The notes under the pieces were generated by a model. That model ran no database searches, was not told the DNA's origin, and worked only from the letters and a program-made list of their open reading frames with translations. Shown here piece after piece: positions 1 to 13,400 of a stretch of DNA of 64,000 bases. A program made the translations under genes and the position numbers. The stretch's first letter is position 1; every line of letters starts with the position of its first letter. Source of the stretch: Eledone cirrhosa (lineage: Eukaryota); NCBI GenBank assembly GCA_964016885.1, contig OZ024740.1, forward strand, positions 430,900,001 through 430,964,000. Reading direction: 5' to 3'.

Positions 1-3000
1 GCAGATGATATAGTGTTACTTAACTTAGCAGATAATATAGTGTTACTTAACTTAGCAGATGATATAATGTTACTTAACTTAGCAGATGATATAGTGTTAC
101 TTAACTTAGCAGATGATATAGTGTTACTTAACTTAACAGATGATATAGTGTTACTTAACTGAGCAGATGATATAATGTTACTTAACTTAGCAGAAGATAT
201 AGTGTTACTTAACTTAGCAGATGATATAGTGTTACTTAACTTAGCAGATGATATAGTGTTACTTAACTGAGCAGATGATATAATGTTACTTAACTGGGCA
301 GATGATATAATGTTACTTAGCTTAGCAGATGATATACTGTTACTTAACTTAGCATATGATATAATGTTACTTAACTGAGCAGATGATATAGTGTTACTTA
401 ACTTAGCAGATGATATAGAGTTACTTAACTGAGCAGATGATATAATGTTACTTAACTTAGCAGATGATATAGTGTTACTTAACTAAGCAGAAGATATAAT
501 GTTACTTAACTTAGCAGATGATATAGTGTTACTTAACTTAGCAGATGATATAGTGTTACTGAACTTAGAAGATGATATAGTGTTACTAAACTCAGCAGAA
601 GATATGGTGTTACTTAACTTAGCAGATGATATAGTGTTACTTAACTGAGCAGATGATATAATGTTACTTAACTTAGCAGATGATATAGTGTTACTTAACT
701 TAGCAGATTATATAGTGTTACTTAACTGAGCAGATGTTATAGTGTTACTTAACTTAGCAGATGATATAGTGTTACTTAACTGAGGAGATGATATAGTGTT
801 ACATAACTGAGCAGATGATATAGTGTTACTTAACTTAGCAGAAGATATAATGTTACTTAACTTAGCAGATGATATAGTGTTACTTAACTTAGCAGATGAT
901 ATACTGTTACTTAACTTAGCAGATGATATAATGTTACTTAACTTAGCAGATGATATAGTGTTACTTAACTTAGCAGATGATATAGTGTTACTTAAATTAG
1001 CAGATGATATATGTTACTTAACTCAGCAGATGATATATTGTTACTTAACTTAGCAGATGATATAGTGTTACTTAACTTAGCAGATGATATTGTGTTACTT
1101 AACTGAGCAGATGTTATAGTGTTACTTAACTTAGCAAATGATATAGTGTTACTTAACTGAGGAGATGATATAGTGTTACTTAATATAGCAGATTATATAG
1201 TGTTACTTAAATTAGCAGATGATACAGTGTTACTTAAACTTAGCAGATGATATAGTGTTACTTAACTGAGCAGATGATATAATGTTACTTAACTTAGCAG
1301 ATAATATGGTGTTACTTAACTCAGCAGATGATATAATGTTACTTAACTTAGCAGATGATATAGTGTTACTTAACTTAGCAGATGATATAGTGTTACTTAA
1401 CTTAGCCGATGATATAATGTTACTTAACTTAGCAGATGATATAATGTTACTTAACTTAGCAGATGATATAGTGTTACTTAACTTAGCAGATGATATAGTG
1501 TTACTTAACTTAGCAGATGATATAGTGTTACTTAACTTAGCAGATGATATAATGTTACTTAACTTAGCAGATGATATAATGTTACTTAACTTAGCAGATG
1601 ATATAGTGTTACTTAACTTAGCAAATGATATAGTGTTACTTAACTTAGCAGATGATATAGTGTTACTTAACTGAGCAGATGATATAACGTTACTTAACTT
1701 AGCAGAAGATATAGTGTTACTTAACTTAGCAGATGATATAGTGTTACTTAACTTAGCAGATGATATAGTGTTACTTAACTGAGCAGATGATACAATGTTA
1801 CTTAACTTAGCAGATGATATAGTGTTACTTAACTTAGCAGATTATATAGTGTTACTTAACTGAGCAGATGTTATAGTGTTACTTAACTTAGCAGATGATA
1901 TAGTGTTACTTAACTGAGGAGATGATATAGTGTTACATAACTAAGCAGATGATATAGTGTTACTTAACTTAGCAGAAGATATAATGTTACTTAACTTAGC
2001 AGATGATATAGTGTTACTTAACTTAGCAGATGATATACTGTTACTTAACTTAGCAGATGATATAATGTTACTTAACTTAGCAGATGATATAGTGTTACTT
2101 AACTTAGCAGATGATATAGTGTTACTTAAATTAGCAGATGATATATGTTACTTAACTCAGCAGATGATATATTGTTACTTAACTTAGCAGATGATATAGT
2201 GTTACTTAACTTAGCAGATGATATAGTGTTACTTAACTGAGCAGATGTTATAGTGTTACTTAACTTAGCAAATGATATAGTGTTACTTAACTGAGGAGAT
2301 GATATAGTGTTACTTAATATAGCAGATTATATAGTGTTATTTAAATTAGCAGATGATACAGTGTTACTTAAACTTAGCAGATGATATAGTGTTACTTAAC
2401 TGAGCAGATGATATAATGTTACTTAACTTAGCAGATAAAATGGTGTTACTTAACTCAGCAGATGATATAATGTTACTTAACTTAGCAGATGATATAGTGT
2501 TACTTAACTTAGCAGATGATATAGTGTTACTTAACTTAGCCGATGATATAATGTTACTTAACTTAGCAGATGATATAATGTTACTTAACTTAGCAGATGA
2601 TATAATGTTACTTAACTTAGCAGATGATATAGTGTTACTTAACTTAGCAGATGATATAGTGTTACTTAACTTAGCAGATGATATAGTGTTACTTAACTTA
2701 GCAGATGATATAATGTTACTTAACTTAGCAGATGATATAGTGTTACTTAACTTAGCAGATAATATAGTGTTACTTAACTTAGCAGATGATATAATGTTAC
2801 TTAACTTAGCAGATGATATAGTGTTACTTAACTTAGCAGATGATATAGTGTTACTTAACTTAGCAGATGATATAGTGTTACTTAACTGAGCAGATGATAT
2901 AACGTTACTTAACTTAGCAGAAGATATAGTGTTACTTAACTTAGCAGATGATATAGTGTTACTTAACTTAGCAGATGATATAGTGTTACTTAACTGAGCA

Positions 3001-6000
3001 GATGATACAATGTTACTTAACTTAGCAGATGATATAGTGTTACTTAACTTAGCAGATGATATAGTGTTACTTAACTTAGCAGATGATATAGTGTTACTTA
3101 ACTGAGCAGATGATATAGTGTTACTTAACTTAGCAGATGATATAATGTTACTTAACTGAGCAGATGATATAGTGTTACTTAACTGAGCAGATGATATAAT
3201 GTTACTTAACTGAGCAGATGATATAGTGTTCCTTAACTTAGCAGATGATATAGTGTTACTTAACTTAGCAGATGATATAATGTTACTTAACTTAGCAGAT
3301 GATATAGTGTTACTTAACTTAGCAGATGATATAGTGTTACTTAAATTAGCAGATGATATATGTTACTTAACTCAGCAGATGATATATTGTTACTTAACTT
3401 AGCAGATGATATAGTGTTACTTAACTTAGCAGATGATATAGTGTTACTTAACTGAGCAGATGTTATGGTGTTACTTAACTTAGCAAATGATATAGTGTTA
3501 CTTAACTGAGGAGATGATATAGTGTTACTTAAAATAGCAGATGATATAGTGTTACTTAACTTAGCAGATGATATAGTGTTATTTAAACTTAGCAGATGAT
3601 ATAGTGTTACTTAACTGAGCAGATGATATAATGTTACTTAACTTAGCAGATGATATAGTGTTACTTAACTTAGCAGATGATATAATGTTACTTAACTTAG
3701 CAGATGATATCGTGTTACTTAACTCAGCAGATGATATAGTGTTACTTAACTTAGCAGATGATATAGTGTTACTTAACTGAGCTGATGATATAATGTTACT
3801 TAACTTAGCAGATGATATAGTGTTACTTAACTTAGCAGATGATATAGTGTTACTTAACTGATCAGATGTTATAGTGTTATTTAACTTAGCAGATGATATA
3901 ATGTTACTTAACTGACGAGATGATATAGTGTTACTTAACTTAGCAGATGATATAGTGTTACTTAACTTAGCAGATGATAAAGTGTTACTTAACTTAGCAG
4001 AAGATATGATGTTACTTAACTTAGCAGATGATATAGTGTTACTTAACTGAGGAGATGATATAGTGTTACTTAACTTAGCAGATGATATAGTGTTACTTAA
4101 ACTTAGCAGATGATATCTGTTACTTAACTCAGCAGATGATATATTGTTACTTAACTTAGCAGATGATATAGTGTTACTTAACTTGACAGATGGCATAGTG
4201 TTACTTAACTTAGCAGATGATATAGTCTTACTTAACCAGCAGATAATATAGTGTTACTTAACTGAGGAGATGATATAGTGTTACTTAACTGAGCAGATGA
4301 TATAGTGTTACTTAACTGAGCAGATGATGTAGTGTTACTTAACTTAGCAGATGATATAGCGTTACTTAACTTAGCAGATGATATAATGTTACTTAACTTA
4401 GCAGATAATATGGTGTTACTTAACTCAGCAGATGATATTATGTTACTTAACTTAGCAGATGATATAGTGTTAGTTAACTTAGCAGATGATATAGTGTTAC
4501 TTAACTTAGCAGATGATATAGTGTTACTTAACTTAGCAGATGATATAATGTTACATAACTTAGCAGATGATATAATGTTACTTAACTTAGCAGATGATAT
4601 AGTGTTACTTAACTTAGCAGATGATATAGTGTTCCTTAACTTAGCATATGATATAGTGTTACTTAACTTAGCAGATGATATAATGTTACTTAACTTAGCA
4701 GATGATATAGTGTTACTTAACTTAGCAGATGATATAGTGTTACTTAACTGAGCAGATGATATAATGTTACTTAACTTAGCAGATGATATAGTGTTACTTA
4801 ACTTAGCAGATAATATAGTGTTACTTAACTTAGCAGATGATATAATGTTACTTAACTTAGCAGATGATATAGTGTTACTTAACTTAGCAGATGATATAGT
4901 GTTACTTAACTTAACAGATGATAGAGTGTTACTTAACTGAGCAGATGATATAATGTTACTTAACTTAGCAGAAGATATAGTGTTACTTAACTTAGCAGAT
5001 GATATAGTGTTACTTAACTTAGCAGATGATATAGTGTTACTTAACTGAGCAGATGATATAATGTTACTTAACTGGGCAGATGATATAATGTTACTTAGCT
5101 TAGCAGATGATATACTGTTACTTAACTTAGCATATGATATAATGTTACTTAACTGAGCAGATGATATAGTGTTACTTAACTTAGCAGATGATATAGAGTT
5201 ACTTAACTGAGCAGATGATATAATGTTACTTAACTTAGCAGATGATATAGTGTTACTTAACTAAGCAGAAGATATAATGTTACTTAACTTAGCAGATGAT
5301 ATAGTGTTACTTAACTTAGCAGATGATATAGTGTTACTTAACTTAGAAGATGATATAGTGTTACTAAACTCAGCAGAAGATATGGTGTTACTTAACTTAG
5401 CAGATGATATAGTGTTACTTAACTGAGCAGATGATATAATGTTACTTAACTTAGCAGATGATATAGTGTTACTTAACTTAGCAGATTATATAGTGTTACT
5501 TAACTGAGCAGATGTTATAGTGTTACTTAACTTAGCAGATGATATAGTGTTACTTAACTGAGGAGATGATATAGTGTTACATAACTGAGCAGATGATATA
5601 GTGTTACTTAACTTAGCAGAAGATATAATGTTACTTAACTTAGCAGATGATATAGTGTTACTTAACTTAGCAGATGATATACTGTTACTTAACTTAGCAG
5701 ATGATATAATGTTACTTAACTTAGCAGATGATATAGTGTTACTTAACTTAGCAGATGATATAGTGTTACTTAAATTAGCAGATGATATATGTTACTTAAC
5801 TCAGCAGATGATATATTGTTACTTAACTTAGCAGATGATATAGTGTTACTTAACTTAGCAGATGATATTGTGTTACTTAACTGAGCAGATGTTATAGTGT
5901 TACTTAACTTAGCAAATGATATAGTGTTACTTAACTGAGGAGATGATATAGTGTTACTTAATATAGCAGATTATATAGTGTTACTTAAATTAGCAGATGA

Positions 6001-9000
6001 TACAGTGTTACTTAAACTTAGCAGATGATATAGTGTTACTTAACTGAGCAGATGATATAATGTTACTTAACTTAGCAGATAATATGGTGTTACTTAACTC
6101 AGCAGATGATATAATGTTACTTAACTTAGCAGATGATATAGTGTTACTTAACTTAGCAGATGATATAGTGTTACTTAACTTAGCCGATGATATAATGTTA
6201 CTTAACTTAGCAGATGATATAATGTTACTTAACTTAGCAGATGATATAATGTTACTTAACTTAGCAGATGATATAGTGTTACTTAACTTAGCAGATGATA
6301 TAGTGTTACTTAACTTAGCAGATGATATAGTGTTACTTAACTTAGCAGATGATATAATGTTACTTAACTTAGCAGATGATATAGTGTTACTTAACTTAGC
6401 AGATAATATAGTGTTACTTAACTTAGCAGATGATATAATGTTACTTAACTTAGCAGATGATATAGTGTTACTTAACTTAGCAGATGATATAGTGTTACTT
6501 AACTTAGCAGATGATATAGTGTTACTTAACTGAGCAGATGATATAACGTTACTTAACTTAGCAGAAGATATAGTGTTACTCAACTTAGCAGATGATATAG
6601 TGTTACTTAACTTAGCAGATGATATAGTGTTACTTAACTGAGCAGATGATACAATGTTACTTAACTTAGCAGATGATATAGTGTTACTTAACTTAGCAGA
6701 TTATATAGTGTTACTTAACTGAGCAGATGTTATAGTGTTACTTAACTTAGCAGATGATATAGTGTTACTTAACTGAGGAGATGATATAGTGTTACATAAC
6801 TAAGCAGATGATATAGTGTTACTTAACTTAGCAGAAGATATAATGTTACTTAACTTAGCAGATGATATAGTGTTACTTAACTTAGCAGATGATATACTGT
6901 TACTTAACTTAGCAGATGATATAATGTTACTTAACTTAGCAGATGATATAGTGTTACTTAACTTAGCAGATGATATAGTGTTACTTAAATTAGCAGATGA
7001 TATATGTTACTTAACTCAGCAGATGATATATTGTTACTTAACTTAGCAGATGATATAGTGTTACTTAACTTAGCAGATGATATAGTGTTACTTAACTGAG
7101 CAGATGTTATAGTGTTACTTAACTTAGCAAATGATATAGTGTTACTTAACTGAGGAGATGATATAGTGTTACTTAATATAGCAGATTATATAGTGTTATT
7201 TAAATTAGCAGATGATACAGTGTTACTTAAACTTAGCAGATGATATAGTGTTACTTAACTGAGCAGATGATATAATGTTACTTAACTTAGCAGATAAAAT
7301 GGTGTTACTTAACTCAGCAGATGATATAATGTTACTTAACTTAGCAGATGATATAGTGTTACTTAACTTAGCAGATGATATAGTGTTACTTAACTTAGCC
7401 GATGATATAATGTTACTTAACTTAGCAGATGATATAATGTTACTTAACTTAGCAGATGATATAATGTTACTTAACTTAGCAGATGATATAGTGTTACTTA
7501 ACTTAGCAGATGATATAGTGTTACTTAACTTAGCAGATGATATAGTGTTACTTAACTTAGCAGATGATATAATGTTACTTAACTTAGCAGATGATATAGT
7601 GTTACTTAACTTAGCAGATAATATAGTGTTACTTAACTTAGCAGATGATATAATGTTACTTAACTTAGCAGATGATATAGTGTTACTTAACTTAGCAGAT
7701 GATATAGTGTTACTTAACTTAGCAGATGATATAGTGTTACTTAACTGAGCAGATGATATAACGTTACTTAACTTAGCAGAAGATATAGTGTTACTTAACT
7801 TAGCAGATGATATAGTGTTACTTAACTTAGCAGATGATATAGTGTTACTTAACTGAGCAGATGATACAATGTTACTTAACTTAGCAGATGATATAGTGTT
7901 ACTTAACTTAGCAGATGATATAGTGTTACTTAACTTAGCAGATGATATAGTGTTACTTAACTGAGCAGATGATATAGTGTTACTTAACTTAGCAGATGAT
8001 ATAATGTTACTTAACTGAGCAGATGATATAGTGTTACTTAACTGAGCAGATGATATAATGTTACTTAACTGAGCAGATGATATAGTGTTCCTTAACTTAG
8101 CAGATGATATAGTGTTACTTAACTTAGCAGATGATATAATGTTACTTAACTTAGCAGATGATATAGTGTTACTTAACTTAGCAGATGATATAGTGTTACT
8201 TAAATTAGCAGATGATATATGTTACTTAACTCAGCAGATGATATATTGTTACTTAACTTAGCAGATGATATAGTGTTACTTAACTTAGCAGATGATATAG
8301 TGTTACTTAACTGAGCAGATGTTATGGTGTTACTTAACTTAGCAAATGATATAGTGTTACTTAACTGAGGAGATGATATAGTGTTACTTAAAATAGCAGA
8401 TGATATAGTGTTACTTAACTTAGCAGATGATATAGTGTTATTTAAACTTAGCAGATGATATAGTGTTACTTAACTGAGCAGATGATATAATGTTACTTAA
8501 CTTAGCAGATGATATAGTGTTACTTAACTTAGCAGATGATATAATGTTACTTAACTTAGCAGATGATATCGTGTTACTTAACTCAGCAGATGATATAGTG
8601 TTACTTAACTTAGCAGATGATATAGTGTTACTTAACTGAGCTGATGATATAATGTTACTTAACTTAGCAGATGATATAGTGTTACTTAACTTAGCAGATG
8701 ATATAGTGTTACTTAACTGATCAGATGTTATAGTGTTATTTAACTTAGCAGATGATATAATGTTACTTAACTGACGAGATGATATAGTGTTACTTAACTT
8801 AGCAGATGATATAGTGTTACTTAACTTAGCAGATGATAAAGTGTTACTTAACTTAGCAGAAGATATGATGTTACTTAACTTAGCAGATGATATAGTGTTA
8901 CTTAACTGAGGAGATGATATAGTGTTACTTAACTTAGCAGATGATATAGTGTTACTTAAACTTAGCAGATGATATCTGTTACTTAACTCAGCAGATGATA

Positions 9001-9217
9001 TATTGTTACTTAACTTAGCAGATGATATAGTGTTACTTAACTTGACAGATGGCATAGTGTTACTTAACTTAGCAGATGATATAGTCTTACTTAACCAGCA
9101 GATAATATAGTGTTACTTAACTGAGGAGATGATATAGTGTTACTTAACTGAGCAGATGATATAGTGTTACTTAACTGAGCAGATGATGTAGTGTTACTTA
9201 ACTTAGCAGATGATATA
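1..9217 (+). repeat. Higher-order tandem duplication with a ~4.8 kb period (1-4358 matches 4779-9217; the first copy is truncated by the window start)
   Basis: Rare variants recur at fixed offsets: ACTGGGCA at 293/5071 (4778) and CTTGACAGATGGCAT at 4182/9041 (4859). Identical ORFs lie at 823/5601 (4778) and at 1957/6816, 2416/7275 and 3579/8438 (4859). The 81-bp change in offset equals 3 monomers. Confidence 0.92.
650..3050 (+). repeat. Nested ~1.13-1.22 kb (42-45 monomer) duplication inside the 4.8 kb unit, seen again at ~5430-7910
   Basis: An identical 76-aa pseudo-ORF occurs at 823 and 1957 (1134 = 42x27) and at 5601 and 6816 (1215 = 45x27). The copies share the variants AATATAGCAGATT, GATACAGTG, TTAGCCGAT and ATAACG. 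Confidence 0.88.
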
Positions 9218-10439
9218 ATGTTACTTAACTTAGCAGATGATATAGTGTTTCTTATCTTAGCAGATGATATAGTGTTACTTAACTGAGCAGATGATATAAT
9301 GTTACTTAACTTAGCAGATGATATAGTGTTACTTAACTTAGCAGATGATATAGTGTTACTTAACTTAGCAGATGATATATTGTTACTTAACTTAGCAGAT
9401 GATATAGTGTTACTTAACTGAGCAGATGATATAATGTTACTTAACTGAGCAGATGATATAGTGTTACTTAACTTAGCATATGATATAGTGTTACTTAACT
9501 TAGCAGATGATATAGTGTTACTTAACTGAGCAGATGATATAATATTACTTAACTTAGCAGAAGATATAGTGTTACTTAACTTAGCAGATGATATAGTGTT
9601 ACTTAACTTAGCCGATGATATAGTGTTACTTAACTGAGCAGATGATATAATGTTACTTAACTTAGCAGATAATATAGTGTTACTTAACTTAGCAGATGAT
9701 ATAATGTTACTTAACTTAGCAGATGATATAGTGTTACTTAACTTAGCAGATGATATAATGTTACTTAAATTAGCAGATGATATAGTGTTACTTAACTTAG
9801 CAGATGATATAGTGTTACTTAACTTAGCCGATGATATAGTGTTACTTAACTGAGCAGATGATATAATGTTACTTAACTTAGCAGAAAATATAGTGTTACT
9901 TAACTTAGCAGATGATATAGTGTTACTTAACTTAGCAGATGATATAGTGTTACTTAACTTAGCAGATGATATACTGTTACTTACCTGAGCAGATGATATA
10001 GTGTTACTTAACTGAGCAGATGATATAATGTTACTTAACTGAGCAGATGATATAGTGTTACTTAACTGAGCAGATGATATAATGTTACTTAACTGAGCAG
10101 ATGATATAGTGTTACTTAGCTTAGCAGATGATATACTGTTACTTAACTTAGCAGATGATATAATGTTACTTAACTTAGCAGATGATATAGTGTTACTTAA
10201 ATTAGCAGATGATATATGTTACTTAACTCAGCAGATGATATATTGTTACTTAACTTAGCAGATGATATAGTGTTACTTAACTTAGCAGATGATATAGTGT
10301 TACTTAACTGAGCAGATGTTATGGTGTTACTTAACTTAGCAAATGATATAGTGTTAGTTAACTTAGCAGATGATATAGTGTTATTTAAACTTAGCAGATG
10401 ATATAGTGTTACTTAACTGAGCAGATGATATAATGTTAC

Positions 10440-13400
10440 ATAACTTAGCAGATGATATAGTGTTACTTAACTTAGCAGATGATATAATGTTACTTAACTT
10501 AGCAGATGATATAGTGTTACTTAACTTAGCAGATGATATAGTGTTACTTAAATTAGCAGATGATATATGTTACTTAACTCAGCAGATGATATATTGTTAA
10601 TTAACTTAGCAGATGATATAGTGTTACTTAACTTAGCAGATGATATAGTGTTACTTAACTGAGCAGATGTTATAGTGTTATTTAACTTAGCAGATGATAT
10701 AATGTTACTTAACTGACGAGATTATATAGTGTTACTTAACTTAGCAGATGATATAGTGTTACTTAACTTAGCAGATGATATAGTGTTACTTAACTTAGCA
10801 GAAGATATAATGTTACTTAACTTAGCAGATGATATAGTGTTACGTAACTGAGGAGATGATATAGTGTTACTTAACTTAGCAGATGGTATAGTGTTACTTA
10901 ACTTAGCAGATGATATAGTCTTACTTAACCAGCAGATAATATAGTGTTACTTAACTGAGGAGATGATATAGTGTTACTTAACTGAGCAGATGATATAGTG
11001 TTACTTAACTGAGCAGATGATGTAGTGTTACTTAACTTAGCAGATGATATAATGTTACTTAACTTAGCAGATGATATAGTGTTTCTTAACTTAGCAGATG
11101 ATATAGTGTTACTTAACTGAGCAGATGATATAATGTTACTTAACTTAGCAGATGATATAGTGTTACTTAACTTAGCAGATGATATAGTGTTACTTAACTT
11201 AGCAGATGATATATTGTTACTTAACTTAGCAGATGATATAGTGTTACTTAACTTAGCAGATGATATAGTGTTACTTAACTGAGCAGATGTTATGGTGTTA
11301 CTTAACTTAGCAAATGATATAGTGTTAATTAACTGAGGAGATGATATAGTGTTACTTAAAATAGCAGACGATATAGTGTTACTTAACTTAGCAGATGATA
11401 TAGTGTTATTTAAACTTAGCAGATGATATAGTGTTACTTAACTGAGCAGATGATATAATGTTACTTAACTTAGCACATGATATAGTGTTACTTAACTTAG
11501 CAGATGATATAATGTTACTTAACTTAGCAGATGATATAGTGTTACTTAACTCAGCAGATGATATAGTGTTACTTAACTTAGCAGATGATATAGTGTTACT
11601 TAACAGAGCAGATGATATAATGTTACTTAACTTAGCAGATGATATAGTGTTACTTAACTTAGCAGATGATATAGTGTTACTTAACTGAGCAGATGTTATA
11701 GTGTTATTTAATGTAGCAGATGATATAATGTTACTTAACTGACGAGATGATATAGTGTTACTTAACTTAGCAGATGATATAGTGTTACTTAACTTAGCAG
11801 ATGATATAGTGTTACTTAACTTAGCAGAAGATATAATGTTACTTAACTTAGCAGATGATATAGTGTTACTTAACTGAGGAGATGATATAGTGTTACTTAA
11901 CTGAGCAGATGATATAATGTTACTTAACTGAGCAGATGATATAATGTTACTTAACTGAGCAGATGATATAGTGTTACTTAACTGAGCAGATGATATAATG
12001 TTACTTAACTGAGCAGATGATATAGTGTTACTTAGCTTAGCAGATGATATACTGTTACTTAACTTAGCAGATGATATAATGTTACTTAACTTAGCAGATG
12101 ATCTAGTGTTACTTAAATTAGCAGATGATATATGTTACTTAACTGAGCAGATGATATATTGTTACTTAACTTTGCAGATGATATAGTTTTAACTTAACTT
12201 AGCAGATGATATAGTGTTACTTAACTGAGCAGATGTTATGGTGTTACTTAACTTAGCAAATGATATAGTGTTACTTCACAGAGGAGATGATATAGTGTTA
12301 CTTAACTTAGCAGATGATATAGTGTTACTTAACTGAGCAGATGATATAATGTTACTTAACTTAGCAGAAGATATAGTGTTACTTAACTTAGCAGATGATA
12401 TAGTGTTACTTAACTGAACAGATGATATAATGTTACTTAACTTAGCAGATGATATAGTGTTACTTAACTTAGCAGATGATATAGTGTTACTTAACTTAGC
12501 AGATGATATATTGTTACTTAACTTAGCAGATGATATAGTGTTACTTAACTGAGCAGATGATATAATGTTACTTAACTGAGCAGATGATATAGTGTTACTT
12601 AACTTAGCATATGATATAGTGTTACTTAACTTAGCAGATGATATAGTGTTACTTAACTGAGCAGATGATATAATATTACTTAACTTAGCAGAAGATATAG
12701 TGTTACTTAACTTAGCAGATGATATAGTGTTACTTAACTTAACAGATAATATAGTGTTACTTAACTGAGCAGATGATATAATGTTACTTAACTTAGCAGA
12801 TGATATAGTGTTACTTAACTTAGCAGATGATATAATGTTACTTAACTTAGCAGATGATATAGTGTTACTTAACTTAGCAGATGATATAGTGTTACTTAAA
12901 TTAGCAGATGATATATGTTACTTAACTCAGCAGATGATATATTGTTAATTAACTTAGCAGATGATATAGTGTTACTTAACTTAGCAGATGATATAGTGTT
13001 ACTTAACTGAGCAGATGTTATAGTGTTATTTAACTTAGAAGATGATATAATGTTACTTAACTGACGAGATTATATAGTGTTACTTAACTTAGCAGATGAT
13101 ATAGTGTTACTTAACTTAGCAGATGATATAGTGTTACTTAACTTAGCAGAAGATATAATGTTACTTAACTTAGCAGATGATATAGTGTTACGTAACTGAG
13201 GAGATGATATAGTGTTACTTAACTTAGCAGATGGTATAGTGTTACTTAACTTAGCAGATGATATAGTCTTACTTAACCAGCAGATAATATAGTGTTACTT
13301 AACTGAGGAGATGATATAGTGTTACTTAACTGAGCAGATGATATAGTGTTACTTAACTGAGCAGATGATGTAGTGTTACTTAACTTAGCAGATGATATAA

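Noticed and set aside
1-27. The monomer as a dimer of a 13/14-bp ancestral unit
   Set aside because: The two halves show no convincing direct or inverted similarity. Only short internal repeats (GATGAT, ACTTAACTTA) are present.
268-300. TATAAT (-10 box-like) in A13 monomers and GAGGAG (Shine-Dalgarno-like) in G26+G2 monomers, e.g. at 782
   Set aside because: These are variants one or two bases from the repeat consensus, with no -35 element and no real downstream gene. Nothing suggests a prokaryotic expression unit.
1282-2889. Resemblance of LNLADNIV to the leucine-rich-repeat motif LxLxxNxI
   Set aside because: The period is 9 aa rather than the roughly 20-29 aa of LRRs, and the Asn appears only in rare variants. 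The similarity is coincidental.
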